The position numbers and the translations under genes are program-made. A stretch of 64,000 nt of DNA from Eledone cirrhosa (Eukaryota): positions 97,154,001 through 97,218,000 of the forward strand of contig OZ024740.1 in assembly GCA_964016885.1 (NCBI GenBank), written 5' to 3'. This document shows, piece after piece, positions 27,586 through 41,930 of this stretch; the stretch's first letter is position 1; every line of letters begins with the position of its first letter. The notes under the pieces are model-generated. The model saw only the letters and a list, made by a program, of their open reading frames with translations, ran no database searches and was not told the origin of the DNA.

Positions 27586-28367
27586 AACTACTCCATCCTG
27601 TCTACTGCGATCACTGATGTTATATTCTTATAGAATTCTAGTAAATAATCAGGAACTGATTATGCAGAGCGGTTGCCGGTCAGGCAGATATTAAAAATTA
27701 GAATTAGAGCTCTGAAATAGCAATATATATATATAAATGTATATATAATCTATTTTGCAATACACTGTATGCTTAATTAAAAGCATTTTGAAGAGCGTAT
27801 GCTATTGTTTTAGAGAAGTGACAAACTCACTTACTTTAATCTCAGCAAACAGGGGAGATAAGCCGACTAGGCCTTTTCGATTTCATCTCTTTTTCTTTAT
27901 ACTTTCACTCGTGTAGGACACCTCGGTTATTTTTCATTTTGTAAAAAAAACCTCACCTTCTAATATGTTTCATATATTTAGTATAGAAATTTATCCTACG
28001 TATATTTCAATCAATATATTGAAAGGGTAGACTTATGAAAATTATGAGAAGCTATCAGAATCAAAACAAACCTAATAAAAATAAATAAAAATAAATAAAA
28101 ATAAAAATAAAAATAAAAATAAATAAAAATAAATAAAAATAAAAATAAAAATAAAAATAAAAATAAAAATAAGAATAAAAATAAGAATAAAAATAAAAAT
28201 AAAAATAAAAGTTAAATAAATATTATATCAATATAATTAAAAAATTAAAAAATTTAAAAAGTTTAAAAAATTAAAAAATTTAAAAAATTAATAGAATTAA
28301 TAATAGAATTAATAATAGTAACTTAAAACCTAACCAAAATACCAATAATAACTCAAGCAATATTCAA

Positions 28368-28813
28368 TTGAATAACTGTAACTGTAGAAATAAATCTAAC
28401 TGTCCGTTAAATAACAACTGCCTAGCTAAAAATGTAGTGTACAATTGTAATGTTAAAACTAATTTAAATTCATTTAACTATGTCGGTTCTACCTCTACAG
28501 AATTTAAATTTCGTTTAATAATCATAAAACTTCTTTCACAGATCCAAACAAAAAATCTTCAACTTCGCTATCTAGCCTACTATGGGACCTAAAACGAGAT
28601 AATGTTAAATATTCGATGACATGGAATATTATTTCCAAAGCTACTCCTTTTAATTCCTCTTCAGAAAATTGTGATCTTTTTATTGAAGAAATATTATTTA
28701 TATTAAAGTCCAAAAATTCCCTTAATTTAAGGAATAATTTATTCAGTTGCTGCAGACATAGATTGAACTCAACGTTTAAATATAAATATGAATTTAAAAT
28801 GTCGTATAATTAA
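28368..28813 (+). pseudogene. Hydra-type GIY-YIG endonuclease, frameshifted
   Basis: CNCRNKSNCPLNNNCLAKNVVYNC..YVGSTSTEFKFR / TWNIISKA..LNLR..CRHR. Confidence 0.9.
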
Positions 28814-29225
28814 TTAAGTAATTTAGTTAATCTATGAAACCTGTCGATAAATCATTACATTCTTTCACCTTTTTCTTTTTAAATTTCCTTCCTAAATATA
28901 AACATAGATATAATAAACTACTCTAAAATGTCTATACTTCCAATGTCTTAAATAAAATATACGTAAGATAAATTTCTATACTAAATATAAGGATATCTGT
29001 AGAATCCTTGGCTTTTTAAATTTTTAAATTTTTAAATTCTGAAATTTTTTAAACTTTTTTAATTTTTTAATTTTTTAATTTTTTAATTATATTGATATAA
29101 TATTTATTTAACTTTTATTTTTATTTTTATTTTTATTTTTATTTTAATTTTTATTTTTATTTCTATTTTTATTTCTATTTTTATTTTTATTTTTATTTTT
29201 ATTTTTATTTTTATTTTTATTTTTA

Positions 29226-29256
<31 letters not shown>

Positions 29257-30028
29257 TTTATTTTTATTTTTATTTTTATTTATTTTTATTTATTTTTATT
29301 TATTTTTATTAGGTTTGTTTTGATTCTGATAGCTTCTCATAATTTTCATAAGTCTACCCTTTCAATATCTCGATTGAAATAAACGTAGGATAAATTTCTA
29401 TACTAAATATATGAAACATTATTTTAACTTAAGATACTCTATAGTGTTTTAAAGATATTTAATCTTTTTATATTTCTAGAATTCGTTTGTCCTTTTGACT
29501 ATACTGATATAATTGTATTTCCAAAATATAATCCTTTGGTATTTTAAATTTAAATTTATATTGTTATAATTATATTTCCAAAGTATAATCTTTAGTAATA
29601 TATTGATGTTTGATTATCTCTATACAAATGTGTATGTGTGTAATAACATGCATATAAAAGTGTTATATGTTTTTTTATGATTGTATATCTGTCTGTATGT
29701 GTACATGAGCGATGCGGGTCTAACAATTTGTGAAAACGCACGCAAATATTTATTTATACATATGTATGTGTATATGTATATATGTATATGTATGTGTGTG
29801 GGTGGGAATTATGTGTGTGTATGCCTACCCACGCAGTTTTGATTGCAGATATACATAATTTTAACTGAATGTTAAATGCATGAATGATAATCGTATATAT
29901 TTATGTATATATACTGTGAACTTTTTATAACACAAAGAATGTATAGCAGTGATTAAGAGAAATCATTTGCGTTTTGTATGTCTATATTGTTGACTTGAGT
30001 TGATATGATTTCTATTTTCAGGACGTGC

Positions 30029-30066
<38 letters not shown>

Positions 30067-30663
30067 ATATATTTGTGTGTCTTTACCGTAAGATAGTGGT
30101 TTCTCTAGCAAATTTTAGTATATTGATCTCAAGTTTTAAACTAAACATATAATCATTATTAAACAATGTTTAATTTCTCATATATATTTATGTCCCATTC
30201 ATGAATATTAATATTTATGTTTTTATTATTCATTTCTTATAAATTGTTAACTCAACTTAACATGACATGACGTAAAGTTTTCATTATCTCCCCCTCTCTA
30301 TATATATTATTTCTCTCTCTTGAGTCTTTCTATCTGTCTGATTACGTGATATCTCTATGTTGCTTTCCTCTGTTTTCTTATTTCTTCCTTTTTTCTTTTT
30401 TCTTTCTTTCCTCCTGTCTTTATTTATCTCTTTCATTTTTCTCCATGCATTTCTCTCTCTCCGATATTTCTCCACGTTTTTTCTTTTTTCTTTTTTCTCT
30501 CTCTCCGTCTTTTTTATTTCACTCCGTCTTTTTCTAATTGTCCTTAACACTAAAATTTATTAAAATAATATAAACAATTCACTATCCAGATGGCTTACAA
30601 AAATAAAGGTTGCATTTTAAAAGGGGATACGTCAAAGCTTATTTGTAAAACTGTTATATATTG

Positions 30664-30728
30664 TATTTTGTCTGATGAAGGCATACCATAATTTAATTTG
30701 TTATCCCTGAAATATGTATAATGAAATA
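30664..30728 (+). ncRNA. Hammerhead ribozyme (family with 7 copies in the window)
   Basis: tattttgt CTGATGA aggcatacca..tgttatccct GAAA TATGTA TA atgaaata. Other copies: 35595-35659(-), 37181-37245(+), 53829-53894(-), 55194-55259(+), 59154-59219(-), 59340-59405(+). Confidence 0.75.
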
Positions 30729-30883
30729 AATATGGTTTTATAAATATAGTTTCCATTTATTAATATCGTATATCTAATCCAAATACTTGTCGAGTGCTTT
30801 ATATGAGTTATAAAATTATTTACTTGTTGTATCCCAACAATTTTAAATAGAACTTTTGCATATATATATATATTATATATATA

Positions 30884-31008
<125 letters not shown>

Positions 31009-31079
31009 ATATATATATATATATAATATAAATATATATAATATATATATATATTACATATATATATAAATATATATAT

Positions 31080-31114
<35 letters not shown>

Positions 31115-31122
31115 ATATAAAT

Positions 31123-31154
<32 letters not shown>

Positions 31155-31156
31155 AT

Positions 31157-31190
<34 letters not shown>

Positions 31191-31204
31191 CATATATATA
31201 ATAT

Positions 31205-31300
<96 letters not shown>

Positions 31301-31345
31301 TATATATATAATATATATATATATAATATATATATATATATCTAT

Positions 31346-31458
<113 letters not shown>

Positions 31459-31702
31459 ATATATATTTATATAATATATATATATATAATATATATATAT
31501 ATATATTTTATTTTGCCAGCGAACGTTTCCACGAACCAAAGTATCGTCTTCCTGTCTTCCTCCGGTTGCAACGTTTTTTGAAATATCCAGTTCTGCGTTT
31601 ACAGATTGACTTTGTTATTTTCAGAAGATCCCGTTAAGGTTGAAAGCAGCGATTCTTTGCTTAAACTTTAATCTGTTATTTTAATAAATTAATATATATA
31701 TA

Positions 31703-31785
<83 letters not shown>

Positions 31786-31834
31786 AAATAAAGTTAAATA
31801 AAAGTCAAATGATTAAAATTTAGCTTCGTTTATT

Positions 31835-31889
31835 ACTGCTATATATATTTCAGTGACAGCCATCTTTGGCTGTGACCTCTTCAGGCAGT
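31835..31889 (-). ncRNA. Type I hammerhead ribozyme
   Basis: actgc CTGAAGA ggtcacagcc-aaagat-ggctgtcact GAAA TATATA TA gcagt; second copy at 46075-46129. Confidence 0.85.
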
Positions 31890-33088
31890 TTGAATTAGTA
31901 TGGTATAGACAAGTACATATGTTGTTTAGGTGTATAATATTGTCAATACTCTGATATGCCCAGTTCCTTGTTGGGTTGTTAATTAACTGAGGAACTGGAG
32001 TCATATGAATTCAAACAAACGAATTTCAGTGTCAAAGGTCCCCTTCTCCTCTCATTGGTCAGGAATTAGAACATTCCTCATTCTAAGTGTTGTTGTTGTT
32101 GGAGTTAGCTTAAAAATTGATAAAATGGTAGAAGGGACAAGGTGTTAAAGGAACAAAATAACAAAAAAAGTGTCAAACTTCCCATTGGTCAGTTCTGAGA
32201 ACATTCCTCAGTCAGAAGTCTATAGAATTCTTTCTGGAGTGAGGCTCCCTGTAGTGTTTTTGCCTGCTATTGTTCAGTACATATGACCTCCACCATTATT
32301 TTGGTACTGTTGTTGGTGTAGTGGTCAGCTTATATCTTGCTGCTGCTAACAATTTAGAAGTATCCAGCTTGTGTTTTTTCTTCATCCCTCCTGCCACCGT
32401 CGTAGTGGTGGTGGGGGGGGGGGCGGTTCTTCCATGTATATGAAGAAATATAAGGCAATAAATGAAGAAAACAGAAAATAAATACATAATATAATAAAAT
32501 AATGAATATAATTCGTGTAATTTGAAATTAATAAATAAATAGAGAATAAAGAATAAAGAATAAATGAGAGATTGGTGAAAAAGTAATGAAAATGAATATG
32601 GAGAAGTGAGAAATAATGTAGGATAAAGTGTGTGTGTATGCTATAACCAATCTCATGGTCAGAATATGTTGGATAGATTGGTATAAGACAAGATATTAAG
32701 ATGAGATATTCAAACTAAATGTGTTTGTGTTATAATCCATCTCAACTTAAAATAAATATTAGGTGATACAGTGAAGAGGGCAGAAAACAAATAACAAATT
32801 AATAAAGAGAAATCAAGATTTAAGATTGGAACTTGAAAGTCAGAAATCTGGTATATTAAAAGTGTTTGTGTTATAGATGTTGGCCAAATTATTATGGCTG
32901 TGTCCGATTCTATCTCTAAGCTCTCATGGTGTCTGCTCCGCCTGGGTTGTTCCCTGTGGCTTGAGGGGAGTTCACAACCTAGGGTGTTGTTATTGCCCAT
33001 ATAGCTTGAGGGAGGTCTGGCTGAGAGGTGTTTTCATGTTCTGTAGAAGTCCCTATAGCTTGAGGGGAGTTCACATCTTCTTGTGTTG

Positions 33089-35320
33089 CTACTGTCCATA
33101 TATATTGAGAAAGGTCCCGGCTCTAAGGTTTCTGCATGTCCCGAAGAAGTCGGTTCTGAGGTTTATCAGGCCGCTTCCACCTCTTAGTATCTCGAGGGTC
33201 TCGTTCAGGCATAGTTTGCATATGCAAGATCCCCCTTTATCGGGTGGTACTTTGCTGATTATGTACCAGGCCAGAGAGTATGGGGTCCTGTCCAGCTTAA
33301 GCTTCCAGATCAGGTCGGAGAGAGCTGTGCTTTTCCTTTTGGCCTCCTTCTTGAATGAATGGCGATGGTTGTACCAGCGGTACTTAAAGCTCGTTGATGT
33401 GGCTCCTATGTAGAGGTGTTCGGAGTTGGGGGTTTTAACCCTACAACCGTACACTAGGTTCTTCTTGAGACATTCATTACCAAGAGGGCATGATTCGGTG
33501 TTTCTGCAGTTGCAGAGGGTGGTCAGCCTCTGCGTGCCTAGATTAGGGTTCTCGTTATGTGTTACACGTTGGTCTTCCCCCATGCTCGCGGGGGGGGGGG
33601 GGGGGTCCTCGGGTCTGTTTGTGTTTCTTGGGTGGGCTCTGGGTTTCCCCTTCCCTCCTTTCACATGGTTCTGCTGAGTGTTTGTATTGCCATCTTCTAG
33701 TTGTGTGTGGTTTTTAAGCCTACTTCTGTTGATGCTAGCTATGTGTTGGGCCAAATTTCTCGTGGTGGAATACGAAAGCTTCACAGTGTGTCTGTTGAAG
33801 ATCCTGTGGTATATGTGGTCCCTCGGGAAGCATTTGTCAAGTGCTCCAAAGAATAATCGGGCCAAGCTTTTCTTTAGGGCCGCTGAGTAGGGTGGGTTGT
33901 ACCACGTAATTTGTCGACGTCTCCTCCTATATGTGTGGGTCGAGGGCTTCGTGATTTGTTCGAGATTTGTTGGGTTGCTGGTGGTTTCCGCCCTGTTGCT
34001 TCCCCTTTGGGCTCTATGCTTTTTATTATCTTCGCGGCCCGGATTTGTGGGGTGATCGTTGTCCTCCCCGGGAGATCCATCGTGGGGTGGTCGCCCGTTT
34101 CCTCCCCCCACGTGTCCTGCGGTTGGGGTCGTCCGTCCTGGGGTGGTTAGCGTCACGCCTGAGACTGCTACTCATATTGTGCTCCATCTCGTGGTCAAGC
34201 CCACTAGTCCCCATCGCCCGTGTGGTGGTGTATGGTACATGGTGTCTATTTGATTCTGCTCTGCCTGTATTGTTAGGGTTCGCCCTCCCCCCTCTGGCAA
34301 CGCGGTTGTGGGTGTCTGTTGGGCTATCCTCCTCCCGGCTTTTCGGACTATATGCTATATTTTGTCCATGTGCCGCCTTCTTTAGAGCTGCGTTGTAATA
34401 TTCCGCGTGGTTGTTGAATATTTCCTTACTTGCGGACAGGCTGGGGATCCTGTCCGAGACACTCTTCACCACTGCCTTGGTTCTGGATTTAGGGTCGTTT
34501 GATTTGGCGTTAACATATACGAGTTTCTCGTTGGGCTTGTGGTAGGGGTAGTATTGCTCGGTGTTCAGGTTTAGGGTGGTGTCTAGGAAGTTAACTACCT
34601 TCCTATTTGGGTCTATTTCTATGCTGAACCCCTGGTTCATAAAGAAATGGCGAATACGCCTCCTTATACCCTCCAACATATTGGTGCTGTGGTCATGTAC
34701 TGTGAATAGAGCATCGTCACGATATAATCCGCCGCCCAGGCAGGGGATTTCATTTTTTTTCTGCTTCAGCAGGTAGAGCCCAACCAGGTCCGTTACCTGC
34801 GCTGAGTCGCTGGTGCCCATCGTGATGTCAAAGTTATTTGGCCAATCACTCCTGGTCCAAAAGTCTCCATCGAAGCGGATTAATGTCTTTCTTGCGGCGT
34901 GGAGGATGCTCACCTCCTCTCGGGTTAGGTCCGTATTGGACATCGCTAAAAATAGGGCCTTATTAAGTACTATGGTGAGATTGAGGAGTAGTAGCTTGCG
35001 ATGTCCAGTTGTATAAAGCTGGTCCTACTTTTCTCATGCAGTATTTTGAACCATTCTATTACTTCTCTCGTGCATGACCATTGCTGTAATTTGGTTTTCT
35101 TCCGAAGCTTGGGCAAAATCCTATCCAGTATTCTTTTACTGATGATCCCTAGGTCAGATCTGGAGGAGGCTATTAGTCTGACAGGGAGGTCGGACTTAAA
35201 GTTGGACTTGTGGTCTTTAAGGGTAATCTGCGGCTCCCTTTGTTGGTATGGGGCCGTCCTGTCCTCTATGCCGATTCTGGATATAATCCTGTAAGCTGTG
35301 GTATTGAGATCAATGCCACA
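33089..35320 (-). pseudogene. PLE RT-GIY-YIG polyprotein with two frameshifts
   Basis: ITLKDHK, FIQLDIASYYSSI, FDITMGTSDSAQVTDLVG, GLYRDD, VNFLD, PYHKPN, WYNPPYS, CNCx5CPL, NLVY..YIG..FKYRW, CKLCLNE. Confidence 0.93.
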
Positions 35321-35347
35321 TAATATATATATATATATATAATATAT

Positions 35348-35400
<53 letters not shown>

Positions 35401-35460
35401 ATATATATATATATATAATATATATATATATATATAATATATATAGTATATATATATATA

Positions 35461-35492
<32 letters not shown>

Positions 35493-35552
35493 ATATATAT
35501 ACTTTATATTTATATATATATAATATATATATATATAATATATATATATATA

Positions 35553-37365
35553 TACGATATTAACAAATGGAAACTATATTTATAAAACCATATCTATTTT
35601 ATTATACATATTTCAAGGACACCATGTTAAATTATGGTATGCATTCATCAGACAAAATACAATATATACCAGTTTTATAAATAAATTTGTATATACCCTT
35701 TCAAAATGCAACCGTTACTCTTGGAAGACATCAGGGAAACAGGATTTGTTTATCTTAGTAAGTCGTTGTGTTACGGAGAAGGAAAAAGACGGAGAGAGAG
35801 AAAAGTGGAGAAAGAAAGGGAGAGATAAAGAAAGAAAAAGAGAAAAAAGAAAAAAGAAAAAAGAAAAAAGAAAAAAGAAAAAAGAAAAAAGAAAAAAGAA
35901 AAAAGAAAAAAGAAAAAAGAAAAAAGAAAAAAGAAAAAAGAAAAAAGAAAAAAGAAAAAAGAAAAAAGAAAAAAGGAAAAATAGAAAAACGAGAGAGAGA
36001 TATCAAAACACCAGACAGATAGAAAAAATCAAGAGAGAGAAATATAGAAATGAGAGAGGGGGAGAGAACGAAAACCTTAAGTCATGTCATATTAAGTTAA
36101 GTTAACAATTGAGATGAAATGAATAAATAAAATTAGAAATATTAATATTCATGAATGGAATATACATATATAATATGAGAAATTAATCATTGTTTAACTA
36201 TGATTAGATATTTAGTTTAAAAATTGAGATCAATATATTAAAAATTGGAATTTAAACATTAAGAAATCTATATATTGCTAGAGAAAATTACCTATCATAT
36301 AACACGTACACACACGCAAAAATACACATAAATATATATATATACACACTCAGAAGATACACATTATATCTACTCCCGTATATAATATATACATACAAAG
36401 CATAAATGATTTTTTTTATTAATGTTATACATCCCTTGTGTTATTAAATAAAAATGTTTAATATATATATATAAAAATATATATGATTAGCTTTCATGCA
36501 TTTATGGCTGTTAAATTATGTCTATATGCAATCAAATTGTATGAGTACACAAGTACATGTACACACACAATTCTTACATATACATATATAAACATGTGTG
36601 TGCATCCTCACCCAATTGGTAGACACGCGTCACTCATGCATATATACAGACAGATATATATTCATAAAAATGCGAATAACACATGTATATGTATGTTAAT
36701 ACACACATATACATACTCGTATAGAGATAAGTATACATCAATATATTACATAGTATAATTGAGTACATAAAATATAAAAGGATTATATTTTGGAAATATA
36801 ATTATATCAATATAACTTAAAAACAAAAGAATTCTAAAATATTAAAATATTAAAATATTTTCAAATATTATAGAATATTTTAAGTTAAAATAATATGTTT
36901 AATAGATTTAGTATAGAAATGTATCTCACGTATATTTTACTCAAGATATTGAAAGGATAAACTTTCGAAAATTATCAGAAGTTATAAGAATAAAAACAAA
37001 CCTAATAAAAAATAAATAAAATATAAAAAAATATAAAAAATAAAAAATATGAAAAATATAAAAAATATAAGAAATAGTAAATATTTTCTCCTTTCAAGAG
37101 CTCTCAATATATTTCTCTAGAATAGTTTATTATATTTATATTTATATTTAGGAAGAACATTATAAAATTGGTATATATTGTATTTTGTCTGATGAAAGCA
37201 TACCATAATTTAACATGGTATCCTTGAAATATGTATAATAAAATAGATATGGTTTTATAAATATAGTTTTCATTTGTTAATATCGTATATTTACTCCAAA
37301 TACTTGTAGAGTGCTTTATATCAGTTATAAAAATATTTGCTTGTTGTATCCCAACAATTAAAATA
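35553..37365. mobile_element. Non-coding PLE derivative with inverted HHR ends
   Basis: Body is a minus-strand homologue of ~29300-30770; arms 35553-35680 / 37160-37287. Confidence 0.75.
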
Positions 37366-37397
37366 TAATATATATATATATATAATATATATATATA

Positions 37398-37677
<280 letters not shown>

Positions 37678-37699
37678 TATATATATATAATATAAATAA

Positions 37700-37745
<46 letters not shown>

Positions 37746-37757
37746 TATATAATATAT

Positions 37758-37846
<89 letters not shown>

Positions 37847-37890
37847 TGAAAAAGAACAAAGGAACTATTATGACATTATAACAAGTGTAT

Positions 37891-37937
37891 TGCCGACAGC
37901 CGTTTGGTCCGACCATATGGTGGGACTTTTCAAGGCA
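37891..37937 (-). ncRNA. Hammerhead motif, U3-A8 variant with G12C (probably inactive)
   Basis: tgcc TTGAAAA gtcc..ggac CAAA cggctg TC ggca. Confidence 0.65.
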
Positions 37938-39130
37938 TATAACAGGTGATTGCAAGTTCATTATTCACATCAACGTTTCACTCAAGATTAGCAGTTTGAA
38001 ATCGTGGTATACATCAACAGCTCAGCTTGTATATTTGGGGTCTATATTCTAAGGGGGCTCTTTTATATTAGTTGTAGGAGTTGTAAAAGGGATGGGTTAT
38101 AGGGAGTTAAGAGAATTTGAAAAGGGCCTAAGAGTTAGGGATTGAAGGTTAAAAATGAAAGAATTTATAAGTTACGCATTAAAAGTAATAGACTTGGGAT
38201 CTCGTAAAAGCAGCTTAAAAATCCCTCAATAAGCGCATAAAGCTTATAAGCCCCAATAAACCTAACAAACCAGAAGAGATTAAGAGAATAAAAGAAATAT
38301 AAAAAAATAAAAATAAAAAGTTTCCTAAAAATTCCTTCAAAAGAAAAAAAAAATTTTTTTTTTCTAGGAGATCCCCTTAAAAAATTTTAGAAAATTTACG
38401 AAGATTTAATAATCCCTATGAAAGTTCTAAACTCAAAAATTAAAAATTAAAAATTAAAAATTAGGGAAAAGAACTTTCAATAAGATTTAAGAGGTTAATA
38501 AAATTAATGAGTTAGGGAGTCCATAATATAAAGATTAAGATTTAAGTTAGGGTTTGAATTTTAAGAGTTCCGAACCCAGAAATTAAAAAAATTAATGAAT
38601 TGAAGATTAAGCAATCTTATATATCCAAGATTAAAAATTAACGATAAGGGGTTGAACATTAAATTTAATTTTAAAAATTAAGAAATAAATAGTTGAAAGA
38701 AATTAATCAATTAAAGGTTAATTCAAAAAGCCTTCAAAAAATCCCCCAGAAAAGGCCCCTTTAATATTTTTAATAAAAACCTCTTCCGAAAGAACCTTCA
38801 AAGAATTAAAATTTTAGAGAACCTTTAAAAATATATATAAATGAATTGAGGAAAATTACAAATTAAAAATTAAAAATTACGGGATTTGGGAGATCCGATG
38901 AATTTTCAAAGGGCTGCTTCAACAGCTACAACAACTTAGGTATAATAGATAAAGTAATTTAAGTAATCTAATTAAGGAGCAATTCAAATAGCTTATCAAG
39001 TTGGGCAAGATTAAAGAAAATGATAAGTAAGAAAATATATAAGCAAAAAGACAATAATTATAAAATGTATTTTTAAGAAGGTATAAAGTAGCCTCAGTAA
39101 TCTAAGAATGTATTATCAACAAATTATTAA

Positions 39131-39384
39131 TATAGGATTAACAAAGACATAATAATATATTCCTGCGTAATTAACAAACAATCAATAAACAATTAACAGT
39201 CAAGAAAATTTACTCAGGGATATCCCACGCACGGATACTTTACACACATACAGCAATATATAGGATTAACAAAGACATAATAGTATATTCCTGCCTAATT
39301 AACAAACAATCAATACAGTATTAACAGTCAAGCAAATTTACTCAGGGATATCCCACGCACGGATACTTTACACACATACAGCAA
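39131..39384. repeat. ~129-bp tandem duplication
   Basis: tataggattaacaaagacat...cacacatacagcaa occurs twice. Confidence 0.9.
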
Positions 39385-40777
39385 GATGAACAATACAGGT
39401 GACCTTGTGGGTGCGATATCCATTGTGCGCATGCAGTCATCTGCATAGCTCCAGGCACAGTTGGTCTTGTTGAAAAATTCCGAGTTCACGAATCAACTGG
39501 GATTCACTATCAGCTGTGTGGACTCTCTGGGAAATGGACCTGTGGATCAAATAGCTAGTGGTCGCAGGGTGTGGTCCGTTCGATCTTTTCCATGTAGTTT
39601 CGGTCGTGCCAGTTATTAATCCATGCGTGGGATTGCACGCGTTTGCGATAGATCAGCCTGCCGTTTCTAAATCCAAGGTTTTGCTGTATAGGATAAATTG
39701 GTGTATATGATATATTGGTAAAAGAGTCCAGTATGGACTTGACTGGGGTGGTATATTGCGATTCTCGCTATTATCCCCTCCTCTCACCAATTCCAAGTTC
39801 ACACGCGACTGGTCGAATGCTAAGGGCTGTCCCCTCTTTGCTTGTTGTAGGGTTTGGTTCTAGCTTAGATGGTGGTCGTGTTATCCATGTTGCTTCTATA
39901 TCCCGTCAGTCATGCATATTCAAGACAGATCACTGTATATATGCAGATATTTGCGGGTATGGTCCGGCGTCTGTGCTATCCAAAGGGTCTCTCTTGTGGT
40001 ATTTTCAAATTCGCATGTCATCTCCCGGTTAAGTCTGCGCATGCTTCGGTGAATCCCGTTCATGGAATCTTGGGGTATCATATTACACAGGGTGACTAGC
40101 AGAAAATACATACTCCATGCTATCCCGCACGCGCAGGCCTGTCGCTACGACCATGTCCAGTCTCGGGTAGTAGCAGACAGCAGGTAGACCAGCAAGACAC
40201 ACCCCTGTTCAAGGGGCACAACCCCTAACTTATCGAGTGGTCAGACATCAAGGGAGTCAACTCTCCAAGCCCATTATGTCAACCGTGGTAATATACAAAA
40301 AAAATCCTTATTAATAAAGAACTAACACAAAATAAATCACTATTAATAAAGAACTAACTCAAAAGAAATGAATGGGAGAGAATGAGGAGGGGGATCTATT
40401 GGGGCGGGGGTTTACTAGGGGGGGGGGTTGATTGGATATAGGCAGGGAACGGCCGCCACATTGGGTGCTCTACTACTGTTCCCTTGGGCAAATTCCCGAA
40501 TTTGTTGATATGCATCTCCGACGGCACCTCCTCAGACCAGTCAACGTGGGTCCAAGCACTCGCAATATCCCACACCGCAGGCATCAGCTGCCCCCAGGGC
40601 GCCCAGCAACAATGCTGCCACCAATCCCAGGTTGGCAAGCGGGACACAGTGTCGACTGTTCCTCACCAGAGTCACCATCGGCAAGTGGGGAGCCGAGGCA
40701 TCCATGGGGCCGGGGTTACTCAAGAGCACCCTATTCGCCAGCGGGGCAGCCATGTGCGAGACAGGGTGGGGTCAGGG

Positions 40778-41776
40778 TTAGGTGTCCGGTCTGAAGAAAA
40801 AGAAAGAGCTAAGTATAGTATGGGGGCTGGACGAGAAGATTTCTGACCTCCTGTTGAGCAAGTTAAGTCCTGAGAATACTATGGCATGAGATTCAGTTAG
40901 GCACAGGCTACAAAACCTGCTCAACGAGCTATATGGAGGAGCTTTAGTAAGGTATCTCCAGCTTAGTGTGTAGGGGGTTTTTGCTTGTTTTAAGTTATGT
41001 ATGTGTCCCGCTAACGACCTGGTATTTTTAAGCTTCTCATTTCGGAAGATATGCTGGTGGGCGTTGAATCTTGTCTTGAACTGGTTAGCGGTTGACCCCA
41101 CATACGTCTTAGTATACGTGTCTGTGGTTACGTTACAAGCATATACTACGTTCTTAATAAGGCAGTATCCAGCTAGTGGGCATTTGTCCTTCCGTCGGCA
41201 ATTACACTTTCTAATAGGGTCATGCTCCTCAATCAGGGGTGCATGTCCCTCCAAGCGGACGCGGGGCTGCCTAGTGGGACCGGTTCTATTGCCTGTTATC
41301 CCCCTGGGCCTTTCACTCAGTGGGTCGGTCCGATTTTGTCGTGTGTACTGGCGTGGTTCACTATTTCGGATGGCCTTAAGTCCCTCTTTAATCTTACTCT
41401 TATTGGTCTTAGCTAGGTGGGAGGCCAGATTAGGGGTTGTCGAGTACGATAGTTTGATAGTATTCTTATTGATTACACTACTGTACCTACTACCTGGGGG
41501 GACGTTCCTATGTATTAAAGAGAAAAAAGATTTGGGGAGGTCTGTAATAATATTAGACCTGTAGGGCGGGTTAAAGAAGGTGCCATCACGTCTTCTATTC
41601 CTTCCACTGCCTTTCGTATCCCCTACGCTGCTTACCCTCCCTTCATCTAGATTATTACGGGTTCTACCAGGTGTGCTTCCTGGGCTCCCGGTGGTATGTG
41701 TATTGGTCTCGAATCTCCTAGACCTCTGGCCCCCGTTTTTACTGTTGGACTTGCTTAGGGCGGCATAACGCTTTCC
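40778..41776 (-). pseudogene. PLE linker + GIY-YIG, 332 uninterrupted codons, no 5' end
   Basis: Hand translation extends the listed ORF upstream: FFNPPY, IKLSYSTTPNL, CNCRRKDKCPL, NVVY..YVGST..FKTRF, CSLCLTE, LLNRRSE. Confidence 0.9.
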
Positions 41777-41877
41777 ATATATATATATATATATATAATA
41801 TATAATATATAATATATATAATATATATATATATAATATATATAATATATATATATATATAATATATATAATATATA

Positions 41878-41930
<53 letters not shown>

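Larger units (their letters stand above)
27061..27876 (-). mobile_element. Retrozyme-like tandem array (318-319 bp unit, ~2.6 copies)
   Basis: gagctctg recurs at 27070, 27389, 27707; non-coding; one HHR per unit. Confidence 0.8.
27961..30860 (+). mobile_element. Decayed AT-rich Hydra-type PLE with inverted 5' segment
   Basis: EN 28368-28813; 27961-28300 is an inverted copy of ~29020-29420; HHR at 30664-30728. Confidence 0.8.
31785..35320 (-). mobile_element. 5'-truncated Hydra-type PLE (RT + GIY-YIG + pLTR)
   Basis: Coding 35320-33089, 1.3-kb 3' region, HHR 31835-31889 followed by AATAAA; (TA)n flanks. Confidence 0.93.
37845..41776 (-). mobile_element. 5'-truncated Hydra-type PLE with ~2.9-kb 3' non-coding region
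   Basis: Open frame 41776-40778; terminal HHR-like motif at 37891-37937; (TA)n flanks. Confidence 0.75.

Noticed and set aside
32877-34398. Plus-strand ORFs over PLE and LINE coding regions
   Set aside because: Antisense shadows of retroelement ORFs.
35746-36105. Lys/Glu-rich ORFs (also 30284-30550)
   Set aside because: (GAAAAAA)n and GA-rich low complexity.
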